DNA from: Lama glama
Taxonomy: Eukaryota
NCBI GenBank assembly: GCA_028534125.1
Contig: CM052818.1
Coordinates: 1,738,001 to 1,802,000 of the forward strand
Direction of reading: 5' to 3'
DNA length: 64,000 nt
Notes under the pieces: generated by a model
The model's database searches: none
What the model saw: the letters and a program-made list of their open reading frames with translations, nothing else
What the model was told of the DNA's origin: nothing
Made by a program: the position numbers and the translations under genes
In this document: positions 38,976 to 51,800 of the stretch, piece by piece
Position numbering within the stretch: the stretch's first letter is position 1
Layout: every line of letters starts with the position of its first letter

Positions 38976-40544
38976 ATTTTCCCATCCCATTATCTAGAAG
39001 AAAGCAGACAGCAGCCTTGACGAAAACAAGCAGAGAATTCTCCAGGCTAAAATTCAGTCTGCTTAGCTTATTAACATATAAGGCCGTTTATCACTTGCTG
39101 CATTTGTTCACAGTATTCCTAAGGCTGTCCCCACCTGCCTGGCTGGGGCTTGGACACCCTCCTTCTGAACTTTCTTTGCATCCTGTTAGAGTACCTTTCA
39201 GAGTGCTCACGTCACTCTGGATTTGTTATTTCCTGGACTGAGTTCCTCAAGACGAGAGATGTCTTCTTCATCCTTTCGTGTGCCTAGAAGAGTACCTGAT
39301 ACCTTGTTGGGACTCAGTTCATGTTGGTTAAAATAATTCCTGCTTTCTTGCTCCTAGGTTTGCCCAGATTGCTGTGTCCTGGGGATATGTGGGAGGCAAA
39401 CAGATGGTCTTTTTTGAATGAGTGGTCCAGCGCCAGAGACAAGGAGTTGGCGGAGATGTTGGGCAATAAATGCAAATGAGTCATTAGTCAATTCTATGCT
39501 TTTTGGTGGACTTTCCACAGTTGTTCTCTTGATGTGCCCTCAGCTATTGATAGGAGCTGTTATGTTTCCATATGTGAATGAGAAGGACAGATCTGGTGGC
39601 TTCTCTGGGGTCACAACTGTCAGTCAGGGGACCCCCAATCTGAGGATCTATGCTAACCTGCCTCATAAAGGCACCTGTGCACAGTGATTATGAAAAACAA
39701 CTTTATAATGATGTGATTGGTTTCATCCTGTCAAAGGCTGGGAGTGGACCAAAAGGAAAAAATATCTCCAGACTTAGTGTTCTGTATGTTCACTATTTTC
39801 TTGAGTAAATAGACTGCGCTTTCTATGACAGCCCTGTTCTGAAGAGGTCGTGTATTTAGAATTTTGTCCGTTTGATTACATGTTAAGTGTTTCAGGGGAG
39901 CATGTTACTTGAAGTCATTCTGTAGTCTAACCTGTTCAACATGAAGAACTCTTCCAGAATGTATACAAAGTGGGAATTCAGATAATCAAGCTTACTTCAA
40001 GGACGTACCCATCTAGGGAGCACAGTTCTCTCCAGGACTCCGCGTGCCTGTTCAGAGAAGACATGTGGGGGAAGGAGGGCTGGCTGTTGTCGATGTGTCT
40101 TTGGACGTCTTCCTCTGGAATCTTGGAAGCCAGTGTCGAGGGCTGGGCTCACCTGCCACAGCTGTGCTGTCTCCTGTTTGATGTTTCCTTCTTCTTCCAG
40201 TATTGGTCCAAAGGACCCTCCCTAGCTTTGGTCTATTGGGAAAGTTTGTTGTGAGAAACACAAATTATAAGTCTGTCCCACCACCTAGCCGGTATTGTTC
40301 TTATTAAATGTCAGTTCACCTATCTGAACTCCATTTGACGTGTTTTTACTGACGACCTGCTGGCAATCTTGGGCCATGCCGGTCCATGCTGTGAGAAAAC
40401 GTGGTTGGTCCCCGTCCTGGGGAAGCTCCCAGTCTACCTGGCAGATGGGGCCCATAGCACAGGAATTAGTAGTGAAGGCGAGAATATATAAAACAGTTCT
40501 CACCAAGAGCAGGCATGATATGAATTGGTTTGGTAACAAACACT

Positions 40545-41835
40545 CGTCTTGGTCTCTGATAACATTCCCACTGAGAGAAACCAGGCTCCTCAGAGAACTG
40601 GCTGGTTTCAGAGCTGGGCATGGGAGCTACAAGGTGAGCCTGAAACATCTTATGCCAGAAAGTAAGGAAGTGCTGAAAAAAATTATGGAGGCATGTCACA
40701 AGGACACAGGCTCTGGCCTGAAGGGTCTCCCACTTGCCAAATCCGGGACAATCTGAGCACCGAAGTAATTAGGTACAGTAATGAATATAAACCATTGAAA
40801 AAAAGGAAACCCATGAGTCCATACCAATAATAAGTAGATAAACTAATGAGGGAGAAAGAGAGAGCGCTTGTTTATGGTAGAATGCTGCGTGATAAATGTG
40901 GAGGGAAGGATGCGATTGGATTGTCATTGGTTTGAAACTTGATTTAGTAAAGACTAAACCAAGGAAGAATCCTCAATAGATGTGAAATCTCAGGGGAAAT
41001 TTTAATCAGGAGCAGTATGTTTGCATGGTCTTAAATTGTGTCTTCGGTCGCTTACTAGTTGCAAAAGAAAATATTAATACCTAATAATATCTATAATAAT
41101 ACAGTGGAGAAATCAGACAGCATCTTGGCTGGGTGATAAAACTTAATAGCACCAATGAGAGACAAATGAACATTGTATATAGAGGGTACACCCCCAGCTG
41201 TGGTGCCCTGAGGAGGACACAGCATCACAGGGAGTATTCTGGCCAGAAATGCATGTCTTATGTCTTTGAGACAGCATTAGAAAAACCAAAACTGAGGGGT
41301 TGGGGGGAGAAAGGGGGGCAGGGAACTTCTGAAGAGTTGACATTCTTCAAAAATGTCAATGTCATATAAGAAAGAGACAGGCTGTGGAAATAGTCCAGAT
41401 TAAAGGAGACTCAGTAAATAACTGAATGTAATACCTAATCCTAAACAAAACACACACACACACACAAAAGGCTACATAGGACGTGACTGGGTCAATTTAT
41501 CAAATTAGAATATGGATAATGTCAATATTAAATTTATTAAAGTTAAAAACCATACTGTGATTATGTACGAGAATAGCCCAAACTCCTAGGGACGCTGAAT
41601 TGCTTGGGGATGAAGGGTCATGATATTTATATACTTCATGCTCAAGACACTCCAGAAAGAAATACTGTGCACGCAAAGAGAGAGGGAGCATAAGTGATGG
41701 AGTGTGGGGGGTAGAGTGTTGACAATGGATGGATCTGGGAGGGGAGAGTGTATGGTGTTCCTTATACTACGCCAATTCTTAGAACTTCCTGATAAATCGA
41801 AATTATTTCCAAATGAAAAAATTTTAAAATAAAAA
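40545..41835 (+). mobile_element. Ancient L1MC-like 3' region
   Basis: gagaaaccaggctcctcagagaactggctg...acaaggtgagcctgaaacatctt...tccagattaaaggagact; similar to 16550-17600. Confidence 0.7.
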
Positions 41836-44493
41836 GAATGTGATTGTTAGTGATGACTGAATGTCTGCCTCCTTGGGAGAGACCTCACTGAGATCTAGCA
41901 AGGACCTGGTATGCAGAGAGCTGGGCTGAGAGGGCCTCATTCACCTTTGAAAGTCATAGTCTGGAAATCAAAGTGCTGTATTGACACACAGGCCTGCCAT
42001 TTTCTCCTTCTCTTATTCTGACACTGCTCTGAGGCATCGCATAGAACTACACCCCAACGCAGTCAGCTTAGCTAAGTCCCACCCAGACTCTGGTCTATGT
42101 CCATCTGACTCAGAGGCCATCAGACCTGGGTACAGGCGACAGGAAAGGACTGTGGAAAAGCCACACAGAGAGACCCAGAGTGTAATCTATGGCTCATACT
42201 AGTTGAGCTTAATAGAGTTGTGTCGCTTCCATGCCCACAGCAGGATAAATTAGGTAGCTTGTCATCCCAGAGCTCCCAGGCTCAGTAGTGGCATTGAGAG
42301 ACTTTGGCAAAAATTTAAGAATAAAAAAAAAACCCTTAGAGCTAAGTTACGAACTGCCCTCCACACCCCATTGGTGATTTACCCAGGTTTCATCAGCCAG
42401 AAGGATATGGTTGTTCTTTGTAATAAATCAGTAAGTACTGATACCATTCATTCCATCACTGAAATTAGGAATTCGTTACTAAGGAAGGTCGTTTTGCTAA
42501 ATGCACGTGTATGTCCACCTCTGAAAAGCAGTGCCTAAAATTGTTTTAAGAAATAGATTTTCGAATGTTTCCAATTAAACTTACTTGTTATTTTTTCACG
42601 TTCCTTTTGTTAGCATGCAAACAGTAAAAGGCTCCCCGAAGGTTGTTAAGTTTTCTGAGAAAAAAAAATTAATTAAGAAAATGCTCTCTTTTTTCATAGT
42701 TTTCTCGGGTTTTGGGGGAAAAGCATAATCAGATTTGTAGAAGAACTTTAGACCCAGGGACGCTCCAAATGTCTATCGTGCTCCCTTAGGAGGAAGTCTT
42801 AAGTGGTCTTTAGATACTATAGGATAGAAATACCAAGATTAGAATGGGAAGTCAGGGGAAATTCCCTTCTAAAGGAGAGCTCCGAGAGGCCTTGGGGCAC
42901 CAAAAGGAGATTGTGGAAACGCTTTTACTTGTCAGCTAAAACAGACACGACCTAGAAAAGGCCTGAGAGGACCCTTCAGGGCCCTGCTAACCCAGGCCAA
43001 CTAGCATGTCTGTCTCCCTCCCTCCCTCCTCTCATCTTTAGCATCCCTCCCTTGGCTGATGGGGTAGGGGCTTTTCTCAGTTTTAGGTTTGGGACTTCAG
43101 CCAGTTCCCATCCTGCCTGAGGAAGCTCCTAACAACCGTTCTAAGCGAGAGGATGGGAGAGGCGGCTTGGCCAAGCAGGGCGAGGCCCACGCTGCCTGTT
43201 TGTCTGGCTGCGCAGTGATGATGGACAGGGGAGGAAGGTGTGCCTAAGCGCCCAGGCCCTGGCATTGGATTTGACTCGAGGCCTCCCTGCCTTTGTTCCA
43301 TACAGAGAGACAGCCATCTACTTTTCATCAACGGTCATCTCTTGGAAAGGGAGAAGAAGAGAAATGTCTTTGAATCCAAAAGGACTTGAATGTATCTCGT
43401 TGCTAGAAAGAATGCCAGGGAGGCCCTTCTTCTTTGCAGGGATTTGAGTCTGGGATCATCCCCTCTAGAAGTTTATAGAAGGAAACTAACAGCTTCCCTT
43501 TCATCATCCCCTGCCTTGGAAAGGCACTGGTTTGTGCTTGGGTATTTTTGGTTTTTTAGCTTTATTTAGTTATAATTTTTTAATATTTGCCAGAGTGATA
43601 CCTGAGCTAAAACTAGCTGGGAAGGAAAGCTTTTGACAAAGTGTATTTCATTTTTCTAAGCCCGGATCTCCCCCCAGGTTTCAGAACTCAGTTCACGCAT
43701 CCAGAGCTCCTGTCATCTTCTTGTAAATGCACGTCTAGTTCTCAGCACTCCTCCTTAATACTCATGACCCCAGTTTCAGACTTTGCATCCTCAGTGAGGG
43801 ACTAAGCCTGCCTCCCCTGACTGTCCTGACCTCCATGGCCCTGGTTTCCGTCTGTTCAGCCACTGTCCACATAGGTGTGACATAGGCCCGTGTAAACACT
43901 CCATGGCCCATTTATGCCTTGATTCGGTGTTTCTGTGTGGTCTGTATGCCCTGTTTGTTTATAGGCATGTACATGTGTCTGTATTAACTGAGTAACTTGG
44001 GCAGAGTCAATGCAGCAAGTCACAAAACTGGCGCTTGAACCAGACCTTCTAGCCTGAACGCTCATACGATCACGTGTATGACATTGGACTCTATCCACCT
44101 GTATTTGTTCGTTGTTGAATTCTGAACTCCTAGGACGGTGATTGGCTCCTGGAAGCCGTTTGAGAAGTATGTCTTAAGTGAATGAGTGATTATTATGAGA
44201 GTCTTGCATTTTGATTCCGTCCAATGTGAGTGTCTTTACACTCACATTGCCTCTGCCAGCCCGGGCTCTCAGCAGCATCGCGGCGCTTCTGGCTGAGACG
44301 ACTCCGCCGTCTAATAATTACTTGTTTGTTTCCTTAGTTGCGCTAGTCTGTAGCCATTCTTTCTTACGACAGTTTTCCTTTTATTGTTAAAATCTACTGC
44401 AGCTGGTGATAAGGAATGATGGGGGTTTCTGAGACCCTGGTTTGTCGTATCTGTCTGATTAATCCCTGGGGCCGGGGTTTGGCTCTTTTACAG

Positions 44494-44606
44494 CTGTTGG
44501 ATCTCTTCATCCAGTGGGATTGGTCCACCTACCTTGCTGACTATGGTCAGCCCAACTGCAAGTACCTCCGGGTAAACCCCGTGACAGCTCTGACCCTGCT
44601 GGAGAA
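44494..44606 (+). CDS. EXOC6B: EXOC6B penultimate coding exon (113 nt, phase 0 to phase 2)
   Basis: Acceptor ctcttttacag|CTGTTG and donor GAGAA|gtaagt. Translates LLDLFIQWDWSTYLADYGQPNCKYLRVNPVTALTLLE(K), recognised as the Sec15/EXOC6B C-terminal region (paralog EXOC6 reads LLDLFMVWDWSTYLADYGQPASKY). Confidence 0.97.
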
Positions 44607-47600
44607 GTAAGTACCCCGTCCGGTCGGTGGTCTGCGTTGAGAGGTGGGGAAAGGGGGCTGGGGTGGGGGGAGGTTTGGAGGATAATTTTCTCTTTGCCAA
44701 TAGACTGAAAAGACAGGAAAGAGGCCCCATCCTTGAAGTTGCCATAGGTGCTCAGTGTCCATCGTTGGATTTGGCAGGCTTGACTTCCTCTTGTAGCCTC
44801 TTAATTCTTGAGCCCCAACAAGCAAGGGCAAGTATGAGTCAGCTGGACTCTGACATCACCTTGGAGCTTCACTAGAGACAGCAAGAAGAGAAAGGAAGAG
44901 GCCTTAATTTGGGGCTCAGGCCAGTCTGGCGAACAGAGCGAGCCTGGCCCCTGCCATCCGGAGTATGGATGATGGATAGAGACCAGCCCCACAGAACAGG
45001 TGGCTTCTCTGGTTTGTAGCAGAGAAGCTCCCAAAATTGCTGAAACTTTCACCTGCCCCCTTCCCCTTGCCACCAGGTTAAGCTTTATCGTGCTGACTGT
45101 CCCCAGAAAGCTGTGTTGGAGGTGTCTAGTTCTTGTCCTAGGCAGTCACTAGCCAGTAAAGGCCGCTGCCACAGGGCCGTAGCCTCTCCAAAGCAGAGGT
45201 GCGACCCCTGAGTTGAGTTAGCTGGCTCCAGAACATCTCACTAACCAGTGAGCCACTCAGATGCTGAGATCTGCTCTGGCTTTTGCTAACCAGGTTGAGA
45301 GCTGGCTGCTCAGAGCACCAAGACCCATGTAAAAGGGAAGCTTTTTCTTGTTATCAAACCAGATAACCCTGACTTCTTCGAAGCTTCTTAGAAGAGTACC
45401 CTGCATCTAGACAGTGTAGCAAGTCTCCGTAAAATGGCCAGTCAGGCAGGTCTCAGACCCTCAGAAGGCAAGGGTCAGAGTCTGAGGAGGCCAGAGTGGA
45501 GCCTTAAGCTGAAGGAGAGGCTAAGGTGTACTTTCCCACTGGGCAGCGTGATGAGGGAGAGAAGGGAGGCGGCGGAGAGCGGGCGAGAGCAGGACGCAGA
45601 GGTACGTGTCTGGAGCCAGGAAACTAAGAGCCCACAGTGAAGCTTTCCCCAGACCAAGACAGAGACTGATGTTCCCATTTTAACTTTGTTTCCCATGGTT
45701 CTCTCCCAATGACCTTCTTCCCTAGGATATCTAGAGAGTAAGTATATTATTCACTTGGGCCTTTTCCATCACTTTGAGGCAAGTCCTTCTGGTTTCCTCA
45801 TTGACGCTAATGACTCCACTAAAATCCCTGCCCTGTGAGTTGTCCCCACCCTGACATACTAATCTACTAAACCAGCCTGGTGCCAGCTGGCTGGCTGCCT
45901 CCCCTCTCCTTGGTCCTTAGGGTGACCCTTGGCTTACCAGTTCCTGTGGGGCTGGGAGTGGTGACAGCGATATTCCCCCAGCGGTGCCAGGTGAAGGGTG
46001 GCTCCCGCCCAGCTTCCTGGCACATTCAAAACTCTTGCGAGTCCGGGACCTGAAACGCGGCCCTGAAAGAAGGGAGCTCCTCAGAAGTCTCCCCTCCCTC
46101 CCCGTGTGAGGCCATGGCTTTAACATCTGGGACCATGTCTCCATGGAGGACTCTTTATCAGAGGCCACGCCGCACCCCAGGGTTCTCTGTCCCTGCTGAA
46201 ATGGCTTTGGACTTGGTGCTCAGATGTCGCGTTCACTACGTGTCCAAATGGCCTCGAGTTTCCTCTCTCAGCAGGTCCGCATTCCTCTGTTCCTCAGAAT
46301 CTCTAGATCCGTGAAATACTGAGGATCAACCATAGGCCAGAACAATGAGCCTCCCTTTGGCACCCTGGGGGCCCAGCCAGGAGTAGAGCCGTGTGCTCAG
46401 CCCTCACCATCGGCAGGGGCTAAGAGCTTCCTTCCAAATACGGAAGGGCCAGAGGCCACCCAGATCACTAAAGTCCGTATTTCCCAGCCTCATAGGAATC
46501 AGTCCCTTTACCCGACCCGTTCCTGCCTTCCCCTCAGCCAACTGTACCACCAGAGTTTAAACTCTCTCCTTTTCAACTTGGCACTCCTTAGGGTGAGACA
46601 CGGAAAGACCCGAAGACCTGGTGAGGACATCCAGGGAAGAGAAGAGGCCCCCGTGTCACTGAGGGGTGCCTATAGACAAAGTAGACCAGGATCCTGGGCT
46701 CACGGATGTGACGAGGGTGGGAGGGTTCTCCTTTGGTTTGAGACAAGCCAGCATGTCCCCGTCACCCCTGGGGCACCTGAGTTGTCTTTCGAGTCGTCCC
46801 AACTCCAGGCCTTGGTGGCTAAAACATCCTAGCCTCTGGGGCCCAAAGACTGTCCTCTTTCCCTCTTTCTCCTACTTTGTTTCTGGAGCTCCCCTAGGGG
46901 AGCGGAAGGCCAGCTCTGGCCGCCTGTCTCTGGGCTGCTTTGAGGCGTCATGAAACTAATGGTCACCTAGGATGTTAAATGAAAATATCCTGTAAAGTTA
47001 GGAAGTATTTTTCTTCCTTTCTTTTTTCGTTTTGAGTTTTGTGTTGGTTTTATTTAGGTTGATCGTATATTCAGCAAAGGCAAAGGAGTTGTTCTCTGGG
47101 ATAAAAAAACCCAAACCAAGCCAGTTCCACAAGCATAGCTGTGCGATCCGTGTGCAAGGGACCGAATGTGGTCATCGCCGCCGCCCTGAGGACCCTTGTG
47201 CTTTCTTTTCAACCTAAACCCCTGAACTTCTGTGGTCTCTCCTTCTTCCTCCCTTCCAAGCGCAGGCCTCCACTTGTGGGTGGTGGTACCTTGTATGCAG
47301 TGTTCTGAGTTTGCTGGATGAATAGTCCCAGCCTGAAGGCCCTAAGAGCTTAGATGGGCGAGAGAGGTCTCAGTTCGTCTGTGGCTGTCACTGTCAGCCA
47401 GAGCCATAAAGCTCTGGTCCTCATCAGAACCTCCTTACCATATGGCTATCAATGCCCTGGTAGGATCTCTGGCCTTTCGATCCACTGGGCTCTAATCTGT
47501 CCATCTGCACAGAACCACCCCACAGAGAGAAAAAAAAAAAGGAAAAAGGGCCAGGTTGACCAGAGGGCCCCGGGAGGTCTGCCTGGGAGCAGTTTATTCC

Positions 47601-48716
47601 CCAGTCCCAGTGCCTGGTTTCTCCCCTCCCCTCCCCTCCCCTCGCTCCATGCCGGCCAGGGGGCTGAGAGGCCAGCGAGCTGGCCCAGCTTTGGGGAGAT
47701 GATGGTGAAAAGCCACCGAGCCCACCCCAGGGAGAGATGGATCCGGGCAGTGCTCTTCATTCTCTAACATTAGCGCTCTCTGCGGGCTGGAGGGCCAGTG
47801 TGCAGAGGCTGGGGCCACAGTCAACATCACCAACAGATGTCAGGGGCCAGGGGCCCCTTTCAAGGGATAACAGATTCCTGGGTTCTATCACAGTTGCTTG
47901 GTCAGACTTGGGGGTTTCTCTGACAGCTGCAGCCTGGCCCCATCTTTCTCCCTCCACGCTTCCCAGTTAGGTCTCTCCGTCTGGCAGAATCAGTGGCCAG
48001 GACTGCCGATGGTTTGTGCTCTAGGGAGCTGCCCTCTCTGGAGCTTCAGCATGAGCCAGTTAGAAAGCTGTCCAAAGCTCAGGAGCTGAGGATGTAGGCG
48101 GCCAATGGGCCTTCTCTTGCCTCGAGTCCTGGTTTATCGAGTGAGAAGGTGGCCCAGCCTTTGGGCACCTGCTTTCCTCAACCCTGTGCCCTCTTAGCCA
48201 CCTCACCGCCTCTGGGCCCTTCCTCCGAGACAAAGGAAAAGAGATCAGCCAGCCCTTAGCTTTGTCACGGGTAGGACAGACTAGCCAGCTAGAGTGAGGG
48301 TTAGAAAGACACGTGGCTTTCAGTTACTCACCTTCTTTTGGAATTGCTAATTAAGAGCATTGTTCTGCTTTACTTTCAAATACCGGCTCGCAAAGGATTT
48401 AGGTTCACGAGGTGAGAAGACCTTAGACATTCTTTAAGATCCTATTGAGCCTCGGGGCTGTCGCAGGTCCCAGATGCCTACAGCGGGGGCTCCCGCGGGG
48501 CCAGAAGGGAACGAAGCAGGTCGGTGGGTGTGGAAGATAAGGGGTTGGCCTTAGCAGGCACTGGACTGGCTACCAAAGGTGACTGCCGCTGGCAGGCCAG
48601 GGCAGGGCAGCTTCCTGACTGTGGGCCTGACGGTGGAAACACTCTGGTGGTTAAGACACACTGTCCACCATTGTCGCCTCAAACCCTGTGCCCTCTTTCC
48701 TTCCTTCTCTGTTTAG
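44607..48716 (+). other. EXOC6B: EXOC6B last intron (GT-AG, 4110 nt)
   Basis: Starts GTAAGT at 44607 and ends AG at 48715-48716; the reading frame joins across it. Confidence 0.95.
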
Positions 48717-48843
48717 GATGAAGGACACTAGCCGCAAGAACAACATGTTTGCACAGTTTCGGAAAAATGAGCGAGACAAGCAGAAACTGATTGACACTGT
48801 GGCCAAGCAGCTCCGGGGACTTGTCAGCAGCCACCACTCATGA
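48717..48843 (+). CDS. EXOC6B: EXOC6B last coding exon
   Basis: Long pyrimidine tract plus tttag|G completes the split Lys codon (AA|G). Then MKDTSRKNNMFAQFRKNERDKQKLIDTVAKQLRGLVSSHHS and TGA at 48841-48843, matching the EXOC6B C-terminus. Confidence 0.97.
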
Positions 48844-51800
48844 AGGCTGGCCTCGGGCCACCGAGGCTGCCCGCTGCAGCCCCGTAGTCTGGGACGCAGC
48901 AGCGCCGGCCGGCCCTGCCTTTGTGCATTCTTCTTCAAAGAGAGCAGATGTATTTTTTTAATAACCTGTGTACAGTATGCGCCTAACCTTTCCCTGTAGT
49001 GAAAGAGGCACAAGAGGAAGCGAGTACATGAGACGTGGCGAGGCTGGGGCTCAGGGGATGTCATACTCCGCTCTCCGTGTTCTGGGGAACCACCTGTCAT
49101 CCATGGCTCTGGGCTCAGGAACTACACCAACAGAATGGGTGCTTGGCACCAAGAGGTCAGCTGAGTAGGGCCGAAGGGTGATAAAGTCCATCCTGCTCAC
49201 TCCTAGGCGCCCCATTCACTGCCTAGGAGAGTGAGGCCGGTTCTCGCCGGCACAAGGAAAGGGCCTGGAGGACACTACTGTTTAATATATGAAAGACCAG
49301 CCCACGGCTCTGGAGTTCAGGGCTTCATCTCCTCTGTCCACTGACTTTCACTGGCTGGTGTACAAGCCTGGCTTGTGACAAGATGATGGCTTCACCGCAG
49401 TCCCCCCAAGGATGGCATTTTCTTTAGCCTTGATCTGACACAGTGCTTTTACTGCTCACTTTTCAGGGGCAAGGTAGGGTGGCATATGCAGTGGTGATAA
49501 CTGGACCCCATGACTGTGTGTGCGTTGTCCCCACACCAGGAGGGGTTCTACGGGATCTTGAAAGCCAGTGTGAGTGGGATCGGAGCCTCAGCCCCTCCCC
49601 CGTTCCTCGCATTTCCTTCCTTCAGGGTCAGGGCACTTGGTTCACAGCATAGGTCAACAGTTATTTCTGTAGGCAGAAAGTCTCCAACTTGGCCTCCTCC
49701 TGCGGGGTCACTGGGATAGTCAGATCCCAGAGACCTGAAAATGGCCCTTACTTTACCCTTAGGTAAAACCTGAAGATTGCTTGGGATTGTCCCTTTGTGG
49801 GTTTTTGGATTTTTTTTTTTAATGGAGGTGCTGAGGATTGGAACACCGTGCATGCTAAGCATGCCCTCTACCACTGAGCTGTACCCTCCCTGCCTTTATG
49901 TTTTAAAATCAGCTTTCTGGCCACCATCTTTAAAGGAAATGTCACCAGCTCTGTACTGTGGGGACAGCCATAGCTGGACTGGATACCCCTAGGGATGGAG
50001 CCATTGTCACTATGAGGTAGAGAGGGTCAGCCGTGGCTAGTGGTTGTGACCTCTGGTCCAGCTGTCCCTAAGTCACGCCCTGGGTCAGAAGCGCTTCTTG
50101 CTCAAGCCCCAGGCTTCCATCCCCATAGCTGTCTTCTGGCTCCGTCTGAGAAAGCTTGCCTGTAATCCTGTCCCTCAAGCTCTGGAGTTTGCAAAGGGAG
50201 CCTGGACCAGCTCGCGTGGAGGCTGTGTCCGCTGTCCCAGGTGAGCTCCTGAGGCTTAACACAGGTGCTCTGCTGTGGGGTCAGTCGGAGGAACCTGCCC
50301 TTTGAGACACTTCAGGAAGATACTATTAAGGCTCCTGGTAAGAGTCTAACTGCGCATCACCAAATGATGACAAGTGAGCCACACTGGCACTTCCAGCTGG
50401 GGTGAGTGGGAGGAACGGCTCATCAGACAGAATTCCCCACTACCTCCGCCAGCTGCTGAGTTGCTTCTGGGGAGGGCAGTGCTTCCTTTTTCACAAACCC
50501 CTCCGCCACCAAGTTGTATCACAACTTGAAAACTGTGGGGAAGAAAAGATGGACTTGGGGACATCCCCAAAGCTGGAGAGCATCCCCAAGCCCTCGGAGC
50601 CGCATCCGGGGACGGGGCTCGGAGCTGACTGCTGCCACCCAGACCTTTAGTAGCCGAGGGAAGACAGGGGCCGTGGGAATGAGACTGAAATGCCATCTCT
50701 CAAGCTGGACCTTATTGGGAAGGAGTGACACTGGTCACACCAGTCCCAAGCACCCTCCTTCACCCGAGCCCAGTGTACAAGATCTCTTCAGCTTTTAGCG
50801 CTGAGACTTTGAAAACAAATCTAGAGACCCTTAAGCAGGTCACAGCTGTTTTCTAGCGTTGTCGCTGCTGGTCTGGCCTCAGACCTGCCCCCCGGAAAAG
50901 CCCAGCAGCCGAGGAAAAAGACATCAGGATGAAGGGACGGGGGTTAGTCTGCGCCTCGCACACAGAAGCCCTTCCACGGAAAACGCTTCTTCAAGCTGAA
51001 GACTCCGAGGGTGGAGCCTTTGTTGGATCCCTTCTTCCCTCCCAGTCTGCCCTCCGTCTTCCCTAGCGAAACCAGCACGCAGCTCCTGAGCTGTCTGTCG
51101 GTGGAGACACACTCTCGGTGAGCTGGGGAAGGTAAACAGAGGGGCCAGCCGTGTCCAAGCCGTTTGAACTGATGACGTAGGATTCTTCAGTTCTGCCAAC
51201 AGGCCTCTGGCTGGGCCAGCCCTCGGGAGGACTGGTGCAAACCAGCGGTGCCCATGGCCCTCAGGCTTCTAAGATCTGATCTCAGATGCCCAGAGACTTA
51301 GAAGTTCCCCGAGGCCTCAGTAAGAGGGCGAGAATGTGGGTAGCTGGCCTTCTAGTTGGTAAGAACCCTTGGTCAAGTTCTTGGCAAAACCAGGTCTGTA
51401 TTCCTGAAGGGACAGTCGGGCTTGGCACCCTAGCGGCTTTCAGTAGTAGGTTAGGTAACTGGCATAGTTTGAACTTACTTCGGAGCAAAATCTCTGAGTC
51501 AACTGGGAATGAAGCTTTGATGGTGAAGAAGAACAGGACCTGGAAACGAACCAGCAGAGAGTCCCCCCTTGGCAAAGGGGATGTGTAGCTTCCAGGGAGC
51601 ATTTCCCAGTATTTTCATCACATCGCAGGCCTTAACCGTCTCCCAGGCCTCCAAGCCAGGCCCGGTGCCCTGCACACTTGCTCAGTGAGGGGCCTTTATC
51701 CCCAGGATCGGCATTGGCCATGACTTTCCCCGTGAGGCCTCTCATTGCGCTCCTTGGGGCCTGCTGCAAAAGTCCCCTTTCCTGGAGCTGCCCTCCTCCC

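Larger units (their letters stand above)
1..44493 (+). other. EXOC6B: 3' part of a very large EXOC6B intron (upstream exon outside the window)
   Basis: No Sec15-like coding sequence recognised upstream of 44494; repeat-rich. The orthologous human intron is known to be very long. Confidence 0.85.

Noticed and set aside
44416..44493. ORF track extension MMGVSETLVCRI... upstream of the EXOC6B exon
   Set aside because: Intronic sequence that happens to be open; Sec15 similarity starts at the AG acceptor (44494).
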